NCBI GenBank assembly: GCA_023250155.1
Contig: JAHFBG010000010.1
Coordinates: forward strand, 17,832 to 81,831
Length of the DNA stretch: 64,000 nt
DNA from: Candidatus Melainabacteria bacterium
Lineage (GTDB): Bacteria > Cyanobacteriota > Vampirovibrionia > 2-02-FULL-35-15
Direction of reading: 5' to 3'
Shown: positions 39,173 through 50,100 of the stretch, piece after piece
How the letters are laid out: each line of letters begins with the position of its first letter
Numbering within the stretch: position 1 is the first letter of the stretch
Position numbers and translations under genes: made by a program
Notes under the pieces: model-generated
The model's input: only the letters and a program-made list of their open reading frames with translations
What the model was told of the DNA's origin: nothing
The model's database searches: none

Positions 39173-42100
39173 ATGAAAATAATACCTACATTTCTTAGAA
39201 ACTTTATCGCCAATGTTTGTACCACTAAACATAGACAACTAGTTAATAGTGGTGCAAAGCCTGAACACATAAGTGTCTATAATGAAGCCAAAGATGAATA
39301 CTATAAAAATAACTGGAAAGTAAAACAATTATTTGATTTAGATAAAGAGTTAATCATAGCCAATGTATCACCAGAACAATTAAAAGCTTGTAATGAAGTT
39401 ATGATTCAATTTCATAAGAATGAAGTTGATACAAGAAATCTAACTGATGTTTTAGTTAAAACACTTTTACTTAAAGCTACACCTGATCAAATTAAATTGC
39501 TTAGTCAAGGCTTGGTCGGTACTTCTAAAGAATATAAACAAGAGTATGATGCTGGAAGGGATATAGCAGGAGGAGATTATATAACGGTAGAACAATCTGT
39601 AATAAACAAAAACCAACTTATTTTTTTTAGCTTGGTTAGCGCTAATCCCAATACTGCTCAGTGTGAACTGCTGAAATATGTACATGATATAAAATCACAC
39701 AATGTCTGGTCTGGATTGGATTGGAAAGGGTTTGTTGAAGCATACATAAAGCTCTTAAATAAAAAACCTACTAATGAACAATTTCAAAGCTTTAAAGAAT
39801 TTATTAAGGTTTATATGGAGGATTCTAAGAAGCGCGAGCATTTAGTAGAACTAACAAATCATTTTACAGATTTAATCCCAAAATTATATCTAAAAAATGA
39901 TTGGGAATCCTATGGTAAAGCATTTTCAATTTATACAAACAATAAATGGTATTTAGATGATTTTATACATAATGTAGCTGATTTAGCAGGTAGAAAAAAC
40001 TTTGATAAACAGTTAGATGTATATATCAGTGCTTTAAAACAAATTCGATATTTAGCAATAGAGAAGAGTGGCGATGGTTTCCCAAGATATGAGCATGTAG
40101 TAAAAACTTTTAATGATATTTTTTTTCCTGAAATAGCAAACAAAGATCTCCCGAGCAAATACTGGGATTTATTGTCTACAGTATTAAAAAAAGAAGCCAA
40201 TGTTGAAAATAAAGTTTTTCGTACAGACTGGGATGTAATTGAGTTTACTAAATCATTTGTAGATCTTATAAAACTTAGTCTAAATAAAGAGCATCTTGAA
40301 AACTACCATGACATTATTTCTTTTATATATAAAAATTGTAAAAACATAAGTGAAACTACTCCTATTATTAAGTTTGTTTTAGCAAAACCGAGTAAAGAGC
40401 TAATAGAAATATATAAGAAAGCATTGTCTCTTTATACTGTCACTGATCTTCTTAGCTTTCCCGTTTCTCAAGATCGCCTAAAGACCTTATTAATAGGAGA
40501 GTTCAATAGATTAGCTAAAGCTAATCCTCCTAAAAAACTACTTGAAATACTTAACGATAACATGACTACTACTAAAAGTTTTATAGGCAAGCAAATTATA
40601 AAATGTGCTGCATTGGTCGAACCATTTAATACTTATGAAGCAAACAAAGATAAACTAACTAAGCTTAGTTCTGAGATGAAACAATATTTAGAAGATGAGT
40701 GGAAAGAAGAGCTTACTGATGTTAAAAAATTAGATGAACCTAACAAGGTAGATCCCCTACTGAATGAGGTTATTATAAAAAATTTATACCCTCTGTCATT
40801 AAGTGATAAAGAATGGGATTTGTATAATCAAGCTATCTTATATGATAAGGGCTCCACCTATTTAAATTTAAAAATAAGTTTAACTAGTGATTTTGTGCGC
40901 TTAATTAAATCAAAACCAACTCAAGAAGAATGGTTATTATATGAAGATGTTTTTTCTTATTATAAAACAAACAAACTTAAGTCAGATCGAACAATCTGGA
41001 ATCTAGCTTATTTATTTGAAGCTAAACCAGAAAAAGAAAAATTAGATAAATACAAAGAGTGGATAGTTTTATTTCAAGAGAAGGATTTAAGTTTAACTGA
41101 ACTAGTTAAACTTTGTGCACAACTTGCTAAGCCAGGTAATTTCAATAAGTATTTTAATGAGTGCAATAAAGAAATAAAACTTGCTTTAGAAGATGAGGCA
41201 TTAACTAAGGATTTGGATGTATTTTGCAGGTCACTAACTCAATTAATCGATAATGATTGTCTTCCTGAACATATTAAATTGTGGGTTGAAGTATTTGACT
41301 ATCACACTAAAAATCATTGGAGTGTACCAGGTGAAATGTTTGTTAGAGCCGTACAAGATAAGGTTCCGATGCAATTACTTAGAAATTATAGAAACTCATT
41401 AGTAAATGGAATCATAAAGTCACAAGAGGAATCAAAGAAACTTTTAACTGAGTTTCGATATCACTCTGCTATTTATAGAATTCTTAGACAAGAAGGAGAT
41501 ATTGATGCTGCAAGAACTCTTCTTCAAAATGAAGCAAAAAGCGATGAATTGCCAATTAATTTATATATGTCAAGTTCAAAGCATAAGATTCTTAATCCTG
41601 AAGCTATAAAAATACAAACTGAAACGGAAAGAGTTGTTAAAAGATCTTTTGATAAGAGCTATGGTTTCAGTGCACTGACTTTTGATTCTAAAAGATCACC
41701 TACGAAAGAACCTGCTCTATTAGCTCGTTTTGGTAATGATGTAGGAGATATAGAGTATATTAATGCTAAAGACATAAGTCTCTTTCCTGGTAAAGGCTTT
41801 ACAATTTCTGATTTTGATTTAAACAAGATTCTGGTTCCCGATGAAAACAATACAGAAGATCCACATCACCTTTATAAAGAAGCATGGCCATGGGCAAAAG
41901 ATGTATTTGATGACTTTCCAAAAACTGAGTTTGTTTTTACACGAGGATTTATGGCTGTACTAAACAAGGATAAAAAATATATCTTAAATGGAATACCTTA
42001 CAGTTATTTAGTAGTAAATAACCATCACCACAATAAAGGCTGTGATACTGCATATTTAGTACCTACAAAAATATTGGAAGAAAAACTTAAAGATACTAAA

Positions 42101-42937
42101 GTACCATATAAAGACATTATTGGATTTTCTAAAAACCATAAAGATATAAATGAAAATGGTTTAAAAATAGAAGATTTAATTGGGGCTTCAGATGATAATG
42201 CGCCCATATTAAATCTAGGATGGGGAACAAACTTTGGTGGTGGCCTATGTAATGCTTATCCACTAGATTCCAAACCTTATTTTGAATGGGAGAAAGAACT
42301 AAGACCTCAAATTCATCATACAAAAGACTTTTGGGAAAGGGTCCATAAGTCACATATTACTGGTACATATGAGACCAGTATGTCAAGAGATCCAAAATTC
42401 AAAGAACTATTAAAACCTTTACGGCAAGCACATGATGATGTTTATAAGATTACGGATAACTATCAAAATCTTTATGACTTATTTAGATTATATTTTTCTA
42501 TGTGGAAAAAAGGATTTACAGTAGGTGAAAAAGAAATTACAGAAGAAGATTTATTTCAAGAACTTGAACCACAAAACTTAGAGCAAGATGATAATGATTT
42601 TGTCTATAATCCAAACTCACTTAGGATGTTAAATGAAGCCTATAAATGGCATGAAGGAAGAAGCCTTGGAATAGAAGATAAAAATTATTATCCAGTTCTT
42701 GTTATAACTGATACCCTTGATTATTGGAGTCAACCTAAGTCACCAATTATGCTGGACACCTATGACATGATGCTTTATACAAATGGTAAAAAAATCCCAT
42801 TAAATCAAGAAGGAGTGGATGATATAGAAAAAGAAATATGGTATAAATTAGTGATGCCACAAGCCAAAGACTCTATAAAAGATCTAAGGTTTTATGATAG
42901 GAGAGATCTCGACTTATTAGGAGGAAATAATCAATGA
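39173..42937 (+). CDS. Large unclassified protein, paralog 1 of 3 (1254 aa): conserved N-terminal ~110 aa, helical-repeat array, conserved His/Cys-rich C-terminal ~480-aa domain
   Basis: Shares MKIIPTF..LV.AGA..EHI...SPEQLKACNEV N-terminus. C-terminal blocks YGFSALTFD.KR.PTKE, NNHHHNKGCDTAYLVPT, NLGWG.NF.GGLCNAYPLDSKPYF and HKSHITG are shared with the other two. Confidence 0.8.
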   Translation: MKIIPTFLRNFIANVCTTKHRQLVNSGAKPEHISVYNEAKDEYYKNNWKVKQLFDLDKELIIANVSPEQLKACNEVMIQFHKNEVDTRNLTDVLVKTLLLKATPDQIKLLSQGLVGTSKEYKQEYDAGRDIAGGDYITVEQSVINKNQLIFFSLVSANPNTAQCELLKYVHDIKSHNVWSGLDWKGFVEAYIKLLNKKPTNEQFQSFKEFIKVYMEDSKKREHLVELTNHFTDLIPKLYLKNDWESYGKAFSIYTNNKWYLDDFIHNVADLAGRKNFDKQLDVYISALKQIRYLAIEKSGDGFPRYEHVVKTFNDIFFPEIANKDLPSKYWDLLSTVLKKEANVENKVFRTDWDVIEFTKSFVDLIKLSLNKEHLENYHDIISFIYKNCKNISETTPIIKFVLAKPSKELIEIYKKALSLYTVTDLLSFPVSQDRLKTLLIGEFNRLAKANPPKKLLEILNDNMTTTKSFIGKQIIKCAALVEPFNTYEANKDKLTKLSSEMKQYLEDEWKEELTDVKKLDEPNKVDPLLNEVIIKNLYPLSLSDKEWDLYNQAILYDKGSTYLNLKISLTSDFVRLIKSKPTQEEWLLYEDVFSYYKTNKLKSDRTIWNLAYLFEAKPEKEKLDKYKEWIVLFQEKDLSLTELVKLCAQLAKPGNFNKYFNECNKEIKLALEDEALTKDLDVFCRSLTQLIDNDCLPEHIKLWVEVFDYHTKNHWSVPGEMFVRAVQDKVPMQLLRNYRNSLVNGIIKSQEESKKLLTEFRYHSAIYRILRQEGDIDAARTLLQNEAKSDELPINLYMSSSKHKILNPEAIKIQTETERVVKRSFDKSYGFSALTFDSKRSPTKEPALLARFGNDVGDIEYINAKDISLFPGKGFTISDFDLNKILVPDENNTEDPHHLYKEAWPWAKDVFDDFPKTEFVFTRGFMAVLNKDKKYILNGIPYSYLVVNNHHHNKGCDTAYLVPTKILEEKLKDTKVPYKDIIGFSKNHKDINENGLKIEDLIGASDDNAPILNLGWGTNFGGGLCNAYPLDSKPYFEWEKELRPQIHHTKDFWERVHKSHITGTYETSMSRDPKFKELLKPLRQAHDDVYKITDNYQNLYDLFRLYFSMWKKGFTVGEKEITEEDLFQELEPQNLEQDDNDFVYNPNSLRMLNEAYKWHEGRSLGIEDKNYYPVLVITDTLDYWSQPKSPIMLDTYDMMLYTNGKKIPLNQEGVDDIEKEIWYKLVMPQAKDSIKDLRFYDRRDLDLLGGNNQ

Positions 42938-43167
42938 TGACTATTAGAACAGTAAGAAGTGTATTTGCAGCACCAGCGGCACCACCACAAGCTCCACCAA
43001 AACAACCAGACACAAAGCCTGATACACAACCAGCTCCATCAAAACCTGCTCCAGCACCACCAAAACCACAGCCAGTAAAACAGCCTACACCTACACCGAT
43101 TAAAGAACCTTGTCCAAAGCCCAATGGAGAACCTATTCCTGGAATTTGTCCGATCAATGATCCGTAA
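42934..43167 (+). CDS. Small proline-rich protein (77 aa), translationally coupled to paralog 1 (ATGATGA overlap), C-terminal GEPIPGICPI motif
   Basis: Start overlaps the upstream stop. Composition PAPSKPAPAPPKPQP. C-terminus is conserved with ORF 51132..51374. Confidence 0.6.
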   Translation: MMTIRTVRSVFAAPAAPPQAPPKQPDTKPDTQPAPSKPAPAPPKPQPVKQPTPTPIKEPCPKPNGEPIPGICPINDP

Positions 43168-43225
43168 TGACGTTACCCGATCATTGATTTTTTTTAATGC
43201 TTAGGTTACTTTAGACACTAATAAA

Positions 43226-46200
43226 ATGAAAATTATCCCAACATTCTTTAGGAAGTTTGTTGCTTCTTTGCCATTTACTAAAACAAGAAGTTTAGTAAAA
43301 GCAGGTGCTACCTATGAACATATAAAAGTATTTAATGAAATCTATAATCAATTTTATAAAAACAATTGGAATGCTAAAAAATTAGTTGAGGATGAAAAGA
43401 GTTTTATAGCATTAAATGTATCACCTGAACAGCTAAAAGCCTGCAATGAAGTTCTTATTCACTTTCACAAGGAAAAAATATTGACAACACACTTAGTAGA
43501 TATATTAACTGAAATGCTTTCATTAAAAGCCACACCAGAACAAATATCTTTAGCAAAAAAATACTTGACCATTGGTTCAAAAAAAAGTCTTTATATTAGT
43601 CCTGGAATCATTCCAAAAGAACAAAAAAGTTTTTTTAATTTGATAAAAGAAGGTCCATCAAAAGAGTATTGTGCATTGTTTGAATCTATACCATTAAACA
43701 ATCGTAGAACAGTTGCTTCTAATTTTAGTAGAGTATCAACTGAACTATTAAAAGAAAATTTGAGCACTGATCAATTAAAGCTATATAAGGATACAGTTGA
43801 TTATCATTTTGAAAACAAGTTTAGCGTTTACGAGTTAATGTGTTTGCTTAATAAGCTGATTAAAGAAAATAAACCACCTGAACAATGGAATGCTTGTGCT
43901 AAAGCCCTTAATATCTATAAAGAAAATAAGTGGGAAATAGATGAGTCTACTTTTATGTTGGTTGATATTTTAAAGAATCATAATGTTAATAATAAAGCGA
44001 ATTTATATATTTTAGGGATCTCTAGGTGTAAAGAACAAAAACTAGATCATGATCAGGCAGCCTTTACAAACAGTTTTAAAGAACTACTAAAAATATATCC
44101 TTCAAAAGATGATTTAGATCTATTTGAACAAGGACTACAAAACTGTTCAAATCCTATAGAGTGGACTAATTACTTTACGTATCTTTTAAAATTAAGCCCA
44201 AAAGAAAATAAATATAATGTTTATAAAAAATATTGCTCACTTCTTTTAAAAGATGGAGAAGATATTCAAGATGTAACAAGAGTATTTACAAAGTTAATCA
44301 TGAAAGGACAACCATCAAAAGAAATAGAATCCTGTTTTCAAATATACTTCAATTTAACATCTCATATAAAAACCAATTACAATAATACATTCAATGTAAA
44401 TAGTGTCATTGACATAGTTTTAGCCAATCCAGATAAAGAACTAATAGAACTATATAAAGAGACTTTGTCAGTCTATTCAAAAGCAAAAACTAAAACACCA
44501 CTTAATCCACTTGCTAAAGAGTTTTTAGAATATATAAAATCAGATCCAGAACCTATACAACAAGAGCTCTATAAACAAGGACTAGAAGCACATAAAGACA
44601 ATTATGTCTTAATGGAAAAATTTATATCTATGAGTATCGCTTTAACTAAGGCACATAAAGACTATGAACTATACAAAGACAAACTAAAATATCTTGCACC
44701 TGAAATAAAAAAAGACTTAGAAGATGAATGGATCTATGCATTTACGGATACTCATATGCTAGCTAAATATAAAGATATATCGATATCTTACTATCCACCA
44801 TTAAATAATCAAATCGTCAGATTAAGTTATAAAGATTTTAGAGAAAATAAAGATATATGGGACATCTACAATGAGCTTGCTTTAAGTCAAAGGAAAAAAA
44901 ATCTGTCTCTAGTAGACTTTACAAGAGACTTTGCTGCATTAACTCTTCTAGAACCAAGCAAAGAATATTGGGACTTATATAAAAAAGCTATTTCTTATCA
45001 CATAGAACATGATTTTCCTCTTACAGATCTAACTGGACATCTAGCGTCATTAGCATATGCAAAATCATATAGTAAGAATTTAAAGATCTATGATGAAGCC
45101 ATAAACTATTTTAAAGATCGCAAGCTTCCACTGGATAAATTAATTAGTAGTTTTGTTACATTGGCAAAATACAATGTTCAATATGACTTTTTAAAAGAAT
45201 TTTATAAGATACAAGCATACTTTCAAGAAAACAATATCGATGCTAATGACTTTAACAAACAAGCTGCTCTCTGGGCTAAAGACAATATAAGTGGAGAACA
45301 TTTAAAAATCTTCAAGGAATTATATGTAGGTTATCTAAATAAAAAATGGGACCTGAATGAGCTAAAAACAGATTTAATACTTTCTATAGAAGAAGAGTAT
45401 CCAATACAACTTTTAAGAAATATTAGAAATGAAATTCAAAATGGAAGTATTAAATCGGCAGAAGAAGCAGAACATCTGTTTCAAGACATCAGATTTCATA
45501 CAGCAATTTACAAAATACTTAGACAAGAAATAAGCAAAGATGAAGCTAAAAAGATTTTATCCATTTTTGGAGGGGCACAAGCAGACTCTCTACCTGTTCA
45601 TATATATTCAAATTCTACTAGGCACGAATTTAATCCAGAAGCAATAAAAATACAGAATGAAACTGAAAGAGTTTTTACAAGACTTTTTGATTTAAATTAT
45701 GGTTTTAGTTCTTTAACAGTAGACTGTAAAAGAACACCTACTAAAGAATCTGCTTTATTAGCTAATTTCGGCAATGATGTGGCAAATGTCAACTATATTA
45801 ATGCCAAAGATATAAGTCTTTTTCCAGGACGTGGTTTTGAGATTTCTAGTTTTGATTTAAATAAAATTTTAATTCCAGATAAAACAAATCCAACAGACCT
45901 ATACCATCTTTATAAAGAGTCGTGGCCCTGGGCTAAAGAAACACTAGATAATTTTTCGAAAACCAAGTTTATATTTACTCGTGGTTTTGTAGTTATAACT
46001 AATCCTGATAAAAAATATATATTAAATGGAACTCATTATAGTTATTTTGTAGTAAACAATCATCATCACAACAAAGGCTGTGACACTGCATATCTTGTGC
46101 CTACTGAAATACTAGAAAAAAAATTAAAAGGAACTACAATTCCATTTATGGATTATGTTGGAGTTTCAAAAAACCACAAAGATATCAATGAAGCGGGCTT

Positions 46201-47008
46201 ACAACTTGATGATTTAGTAAAAGATGCTAATGAAAAGGGATTACAAGTGCTAAATCTTGGATGGGGATCTAACTTTAGCGGTGGCTTATGCAATGCTTAT
46301 CCACTTGATTCAAAGCCTTATTTTAAATGGGAGAAAAAATTACGTGGTAAGCATACAAAAGATTTTTGGGGAAGAGTTCATAAGTCTCACATCACAGGCT
46401 CTTGGCAATCTAGAATGTTTGACGATCCAAAGCTCAAGAAATTGTTAGCCCCTTTAAGAAAAGCACATGATGAAATCTATACACTAACAAATGATTATCA
46501 AAATCATTTTGACTTGTTTAGATTGTTTTTTTCTATGTGGAAAAAAGGATTGACTGTGGGAGAAAGAGTATTAGAACCTACTAGTGATGACTTGTTCCAA
46601 GAACTTGAACCCCAGAATTTAGAACCTGGACAGTTTGATAAAAGTGCTTTTGATAATGAAATAACCAATAGAGAAGCGATTTTAGAATACTCAGAAAATC
46701 CAAACTCCCTTAGAATGCTGGTTGAAGCATACAAATGGCATGAAGCTAAAAAACAAGGGATTAGTGGTCCTAATTTTTTCCCTATCTTAGTAGTAACGAA
46801 TACACTAGACTACTGGAGTCAACCAGAATCAAAGATTATGCTTGATACTTACGATATGACTATTCATGCTGATGGTAAAACTATTCCTTTAAATGAAGAA
46901 GAGTTGACTTTTATAGAAAAAGGATTGTGGAATAAGAGCTTCTTACCTTATATGCTTGACTCTACAAAAGATTTAAGGTTTTATGACAGAAGAGATTTGA
47001 ATATGTAG
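43226..47008 (+). CDS. Large unclassified protein, paralog 2 of 3 (1260 aa); no coupled small ORF
   Basis: Same N- and C-terminal conserved blocks as paralogs 1 and 3; divergent middle. Confidence 0.8.
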   Translation: MKIIPTFFRKFVASLPFTKTRSLVKAGATYEHIKVFNEIYNQFYKNNWNAKKLVEDEKSFIALNVSPEQLKACNEVLIHFHKEKILTTHLVDILTEMLSLKATPEQISLAKKYLTIGSKKSLYISPGIIPKEQKSFFNLIKEGPSKEYCALFESIPLNNRRTVASNFSRVSTELLKENLSTDQLKLYKDTVDYHFENKFSVYELMCLLNKLIKENKPPEQWNACAKALNIYKENKWEIDESTFMLVDILKNHNVNNKANLYILGISRCKEQKLDHDQAAFTNSFKELLKIYPSKDDLDLFEQGLQNCSNPIEWTNYFTYLLKLSPKENKYNVYKKYCSLLLKDGEDIQDVTRVFTKLIMKGQPSKEIESCFQIYFNLTSHIKTNYNNTFNVNSVIDIVLANPDKELIELYKETLSVYSKAKTKTPLNPLAKEFLEYIKSDPEPIQQELYKQGLEAHKDNYVLMEKFISMSIALTKAHKDYELYKDKLKYLAPEIKKDLEDEWIYAFTDTHMLAKYKDISISYYPPLNNQIVRLSYKDFRENKDIWDIYNELALSQRKKNLSLVDFTRDFAALTLLEPSKEYWDLYKKAISYHIEHDFPLTDLTGHLASLAYAKSYSKNLKIYDEAINYFKDRKLPLDKLISSFVTLAKYNVQYDFLKEFYKIQAYFQENNIDANDFNKQAALWAKDNISGEHLKIFKELYVGYLNKKWDLNELKTDLILSIEEEYPIQLLRNIRNEIQNGSIKSAEEAEHLFQDIRFHTAIYKILRQEISKDEAKKILSIFGGAQADSLPVHIYSNSTRHEFNPEAIKIQNETERVFTRLFDLNYGFSSLTVDCKRTPTKESALLANFGNDVANVNYINAKDISLFPGRGFEISSFDLNKILIPDKTNPTDLYHLYKESWPWAKETLDNFSKTKFIFTRGFVVITNPDKKYILNGTHYSYFVVNNHHHNKGCDTAYLVPTEILEKKLKGTTIPFMDYVGVSKNHKDINEAGLQLDDLVKDANEKGLQVLNLGWGSNFSGGLCNAYPLDSKPYFKWEKKLRGKHTKDFWGRVHKSHITGSWQSRMFDDPKLKKLLAPLRKAHDEIYTLTNDYQNHFDLFRLFFSMWKKGLTVGERVLEPTSDDLFQELEPQNLEPGQFDKSAFDNEITNREAILEYSENPNSLRMLVEAYKWHEAKKQGISGPNFFPILVVTNTLDYWSQPESKIMLDTYDMTIHADGKTIPLNEEELTFIEKGLWNKSFLPYMLDSTKDLRFYDRRDLNM

Positions 47009-47169
47009 TGAGCTAAGAATATCTTTTTAATTTGTTTATTTATTTTAATCTGAATTGTCACAAGCTTAAATTTATTTAGTACTCTTAACCTTGGAAAAAT
47101 TTAATTATTCAAAACAAGAAAAACACTTGACCTTTTTTCTTATATGATCTATTCTATATAGACATATAT

Positions 47170-50100
47170 ATGGACATATTTGAATCTAAGCTTTTTACCC
47201 CTATTGCCTACCTTTTAGGATGGGCTCCATACCATAAAAGAACAAAGGATTTGGTTAAGGCTGGTGCCACTCCTGAACATCTACAAATCTATAATGAGTG
47301 TTTCCCAAAACTAAAATATAAGCACATAAATTATTATGACTCCTATAAATATAGAAAAGGGCAATGGGAGGACTTTAAGTTTCCAGAAACTTTTATAAGC
47401 TTAATCACTGCCAAGGTCTCACCAGAAACTATACAAACTTTTAGCAACATACTGGTAAAACTTTTTAACAACAGTAACAACAGTCAGGTTAATCCTGCTT
47501 TACTTGACCTAACACTTAAAGGTACAAAACCAGAGTACTTATCATTGTATGATAGGAATTTTGATCATTTAAATTACCATGAGGAGTCATTTGTACAGTT
47601 TATACAATTAAACCCTACAACTGAACAGTTTAATTTATACGAAAAATTAATTAATATAGATGATTATGAACTCCGTCAATCTATTATAAAAGAATTTCCT
47701 GAGCTTCTAAAATTAAAACCCGACAAAAGCACATGGGATCAGCTTTCTAAACTCTTGGAGGAAAATATAAAGCTTGCAAATTATAAAAAGGCTTATGATT
47801 TGCTTCATAGCTATGTTCAATTAACCAATATACAAACTTCAGAAAACGAGGCTGATAAAGATCTCTTTATAAAAGCCAACTCCTACTATGAAGAAAAAGG
47901 ACTTGTTAAAGATGAGACACTTAATGATTTTGTACAATTACTAAAGAATAATGTAAAAAACCCTTTTCTAGATGATTATAATAATCTCTACAATGCCTGT
48001 AACAATAAGAAAATCAATCGAGATCTGTTTCTTAAAGCACATATATTAATAGCAAGCTTATCTCCATCTGAAACACAGTACTCACTTTACAAGAAACAGC
48101 TTCAATCTGAATATGAGCTAAATAATATTTCCTGGTTTTCTCAAGCATATGCAGAACTTATAAAAGCTAATCCTACAGATGAACAGTTTGAAATATATCG
48201 TGATGTTTCTAATAAATTCATTCAAGATAATTTACCATTACATCGTTTAATTAAAACTTTTGTTTCTTTACTAAATGAAAAAGTACCGAATGAAATTATA
48301 GCCTCAAAGCTTGAGACATATTATAAGTTGCTCTCCTTTATAAAAGAATCACTATTCAAAACAATTCCTTCAAAAGACGATTGGGGTGATAGACAAAGCC
48401 GAGAATCTATCTTCAAGTATGGGGATTCTGCCTATGGAAATATTAGTGAGTTAACAAACTTAATTAAGCTTAATCTCTCAGATGAGCCGTTAGAAGCATA
48501 TAAAAAACTAATTTCATCACATACATTTCAAAGTGTCGATCCATTAACAAAGAATTTTATTGATTTATTAAAAACCAATCCATCAAATGAATATTTAACC
48601 ATTTATAGTAAGGCCATTTCACTTTATCCATCATCATATAATACTGAGCAGTTTTCTAAACATCTTATAGCATTGATAAATGCAAAACCATCAAATGAAC
48701 AGCTTTTAATGTATATTCTAGCTTTAGAATCATATAGAGATTTATATGATAAAGAAAAGGCAAAATCCCAAAGCCACTATACATCTATAGTTACACTTGA
48801 TGAAATTGATAAGCTAACACTAAAGCATGCTGAAACAATAAAAGCATTAAATAGTTACCCGGCTTTAAAACCATTTTTAGACAAATTAAACCCAAAAATA
48901 AAAAATCAAATTGAGCACATAGTAATAGGTAGCAAAAGTGATAACAATGATAACTGTGCAGATGTTATTAATGCATTGAAAAGCTTTATAGATACTAATC
49001 CTACTAATGAACAATGGGATTCATATAATAAGATTACTGGTTATCATCTAGAAAAAGGCTTACCAATTGTTCCGTTAACAAATTCATTTGCAGAGTTTAT
49101 TTCCAATAACCCAAGCAAGGAAAACAGGGATTTATATAATACTCTTATTGCCTACCACATGGAACATGGATTTGCTTTAGATACACTATCTCAAAGCTTA
49201 GTAAACATCTTTAAAACTCAATCTAATAAAGAACAGTTAGCAACAGTTATTCGAACCATTGAAGAAATTAAGAACAAAGAGCGACAGCTTAGTAGTTTTC
49301 TACAGTTCGTTTCAACATCAAATATATTAAACTCTTCCGACAAACTTCTTAGTGGAGTTATTGATGTAATTACTTACTTCCCTGAAGAAATTGTAAAAAA
49401 ATATGATTTGTTTGCTGAGTTACAAACCCTTATAAAAGAAGGGTGCTCTAACGAACACATTAAACTCTATAAAGAACTCTTGGATTTTTGTATAAAAAAC
49501 AAACAAGACTTTACTGGTTATTACTGCAATCATAAAAATCTTATACATGAATTTGTAAAAGAAAAATATCCAATACAACCATTAATCAATTTTAAAAATA
49601 GTTTACTCGATGGGCAGATCAAATCTCAAGAAGATATAACAAAATATCTTACTGAGATAACACATCATTCTGTAATTTATAAGATACTTAGATCAAATGG
49701 TGATAATAAAGCTTTAAAAACAAAACTAATGAACAGTGCACAAACAGATGAATTGCCTGTACCTATTTATTCTGACTCTAACCGTAGTTCTTATAATCCT
49801 GAAGCTATAAAAATGCAACAAGAAACAGAAAAAACACTTGTAAGACTTCTTGATGTTAATTATGGTTTTAGTGCTTTAACTTTTGACTGTAAGCGCCCTC
49901 CGTCAAAAGAACCACCTCTTCTAACTCGCTTTGGAAATGATGTTGGGAAGATAGAGTACATTAATGCTAAGGATATAAATGCTTTTCCAGGAAAAGGATT
50001 CTCAATATCAAAATTTAATCTAAATAAAGTATTTGTAGCTGATAAAACAAACTCAACCGATCCTTTTCATACTTATAAAAAAGCTTGGGACTGGTCAAAA

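Noticed and set aside
42873-43157. Minus-strand Gly/Ala-rich 94-aa ORF
   Set aside because: Antisense of the Pro-rich coupled ORF 42934..43167 (CCN codons read as GGN on the other strand). The plus-strand ORF has start-stop coupling and a C-terminus conserved with 51132..51374.
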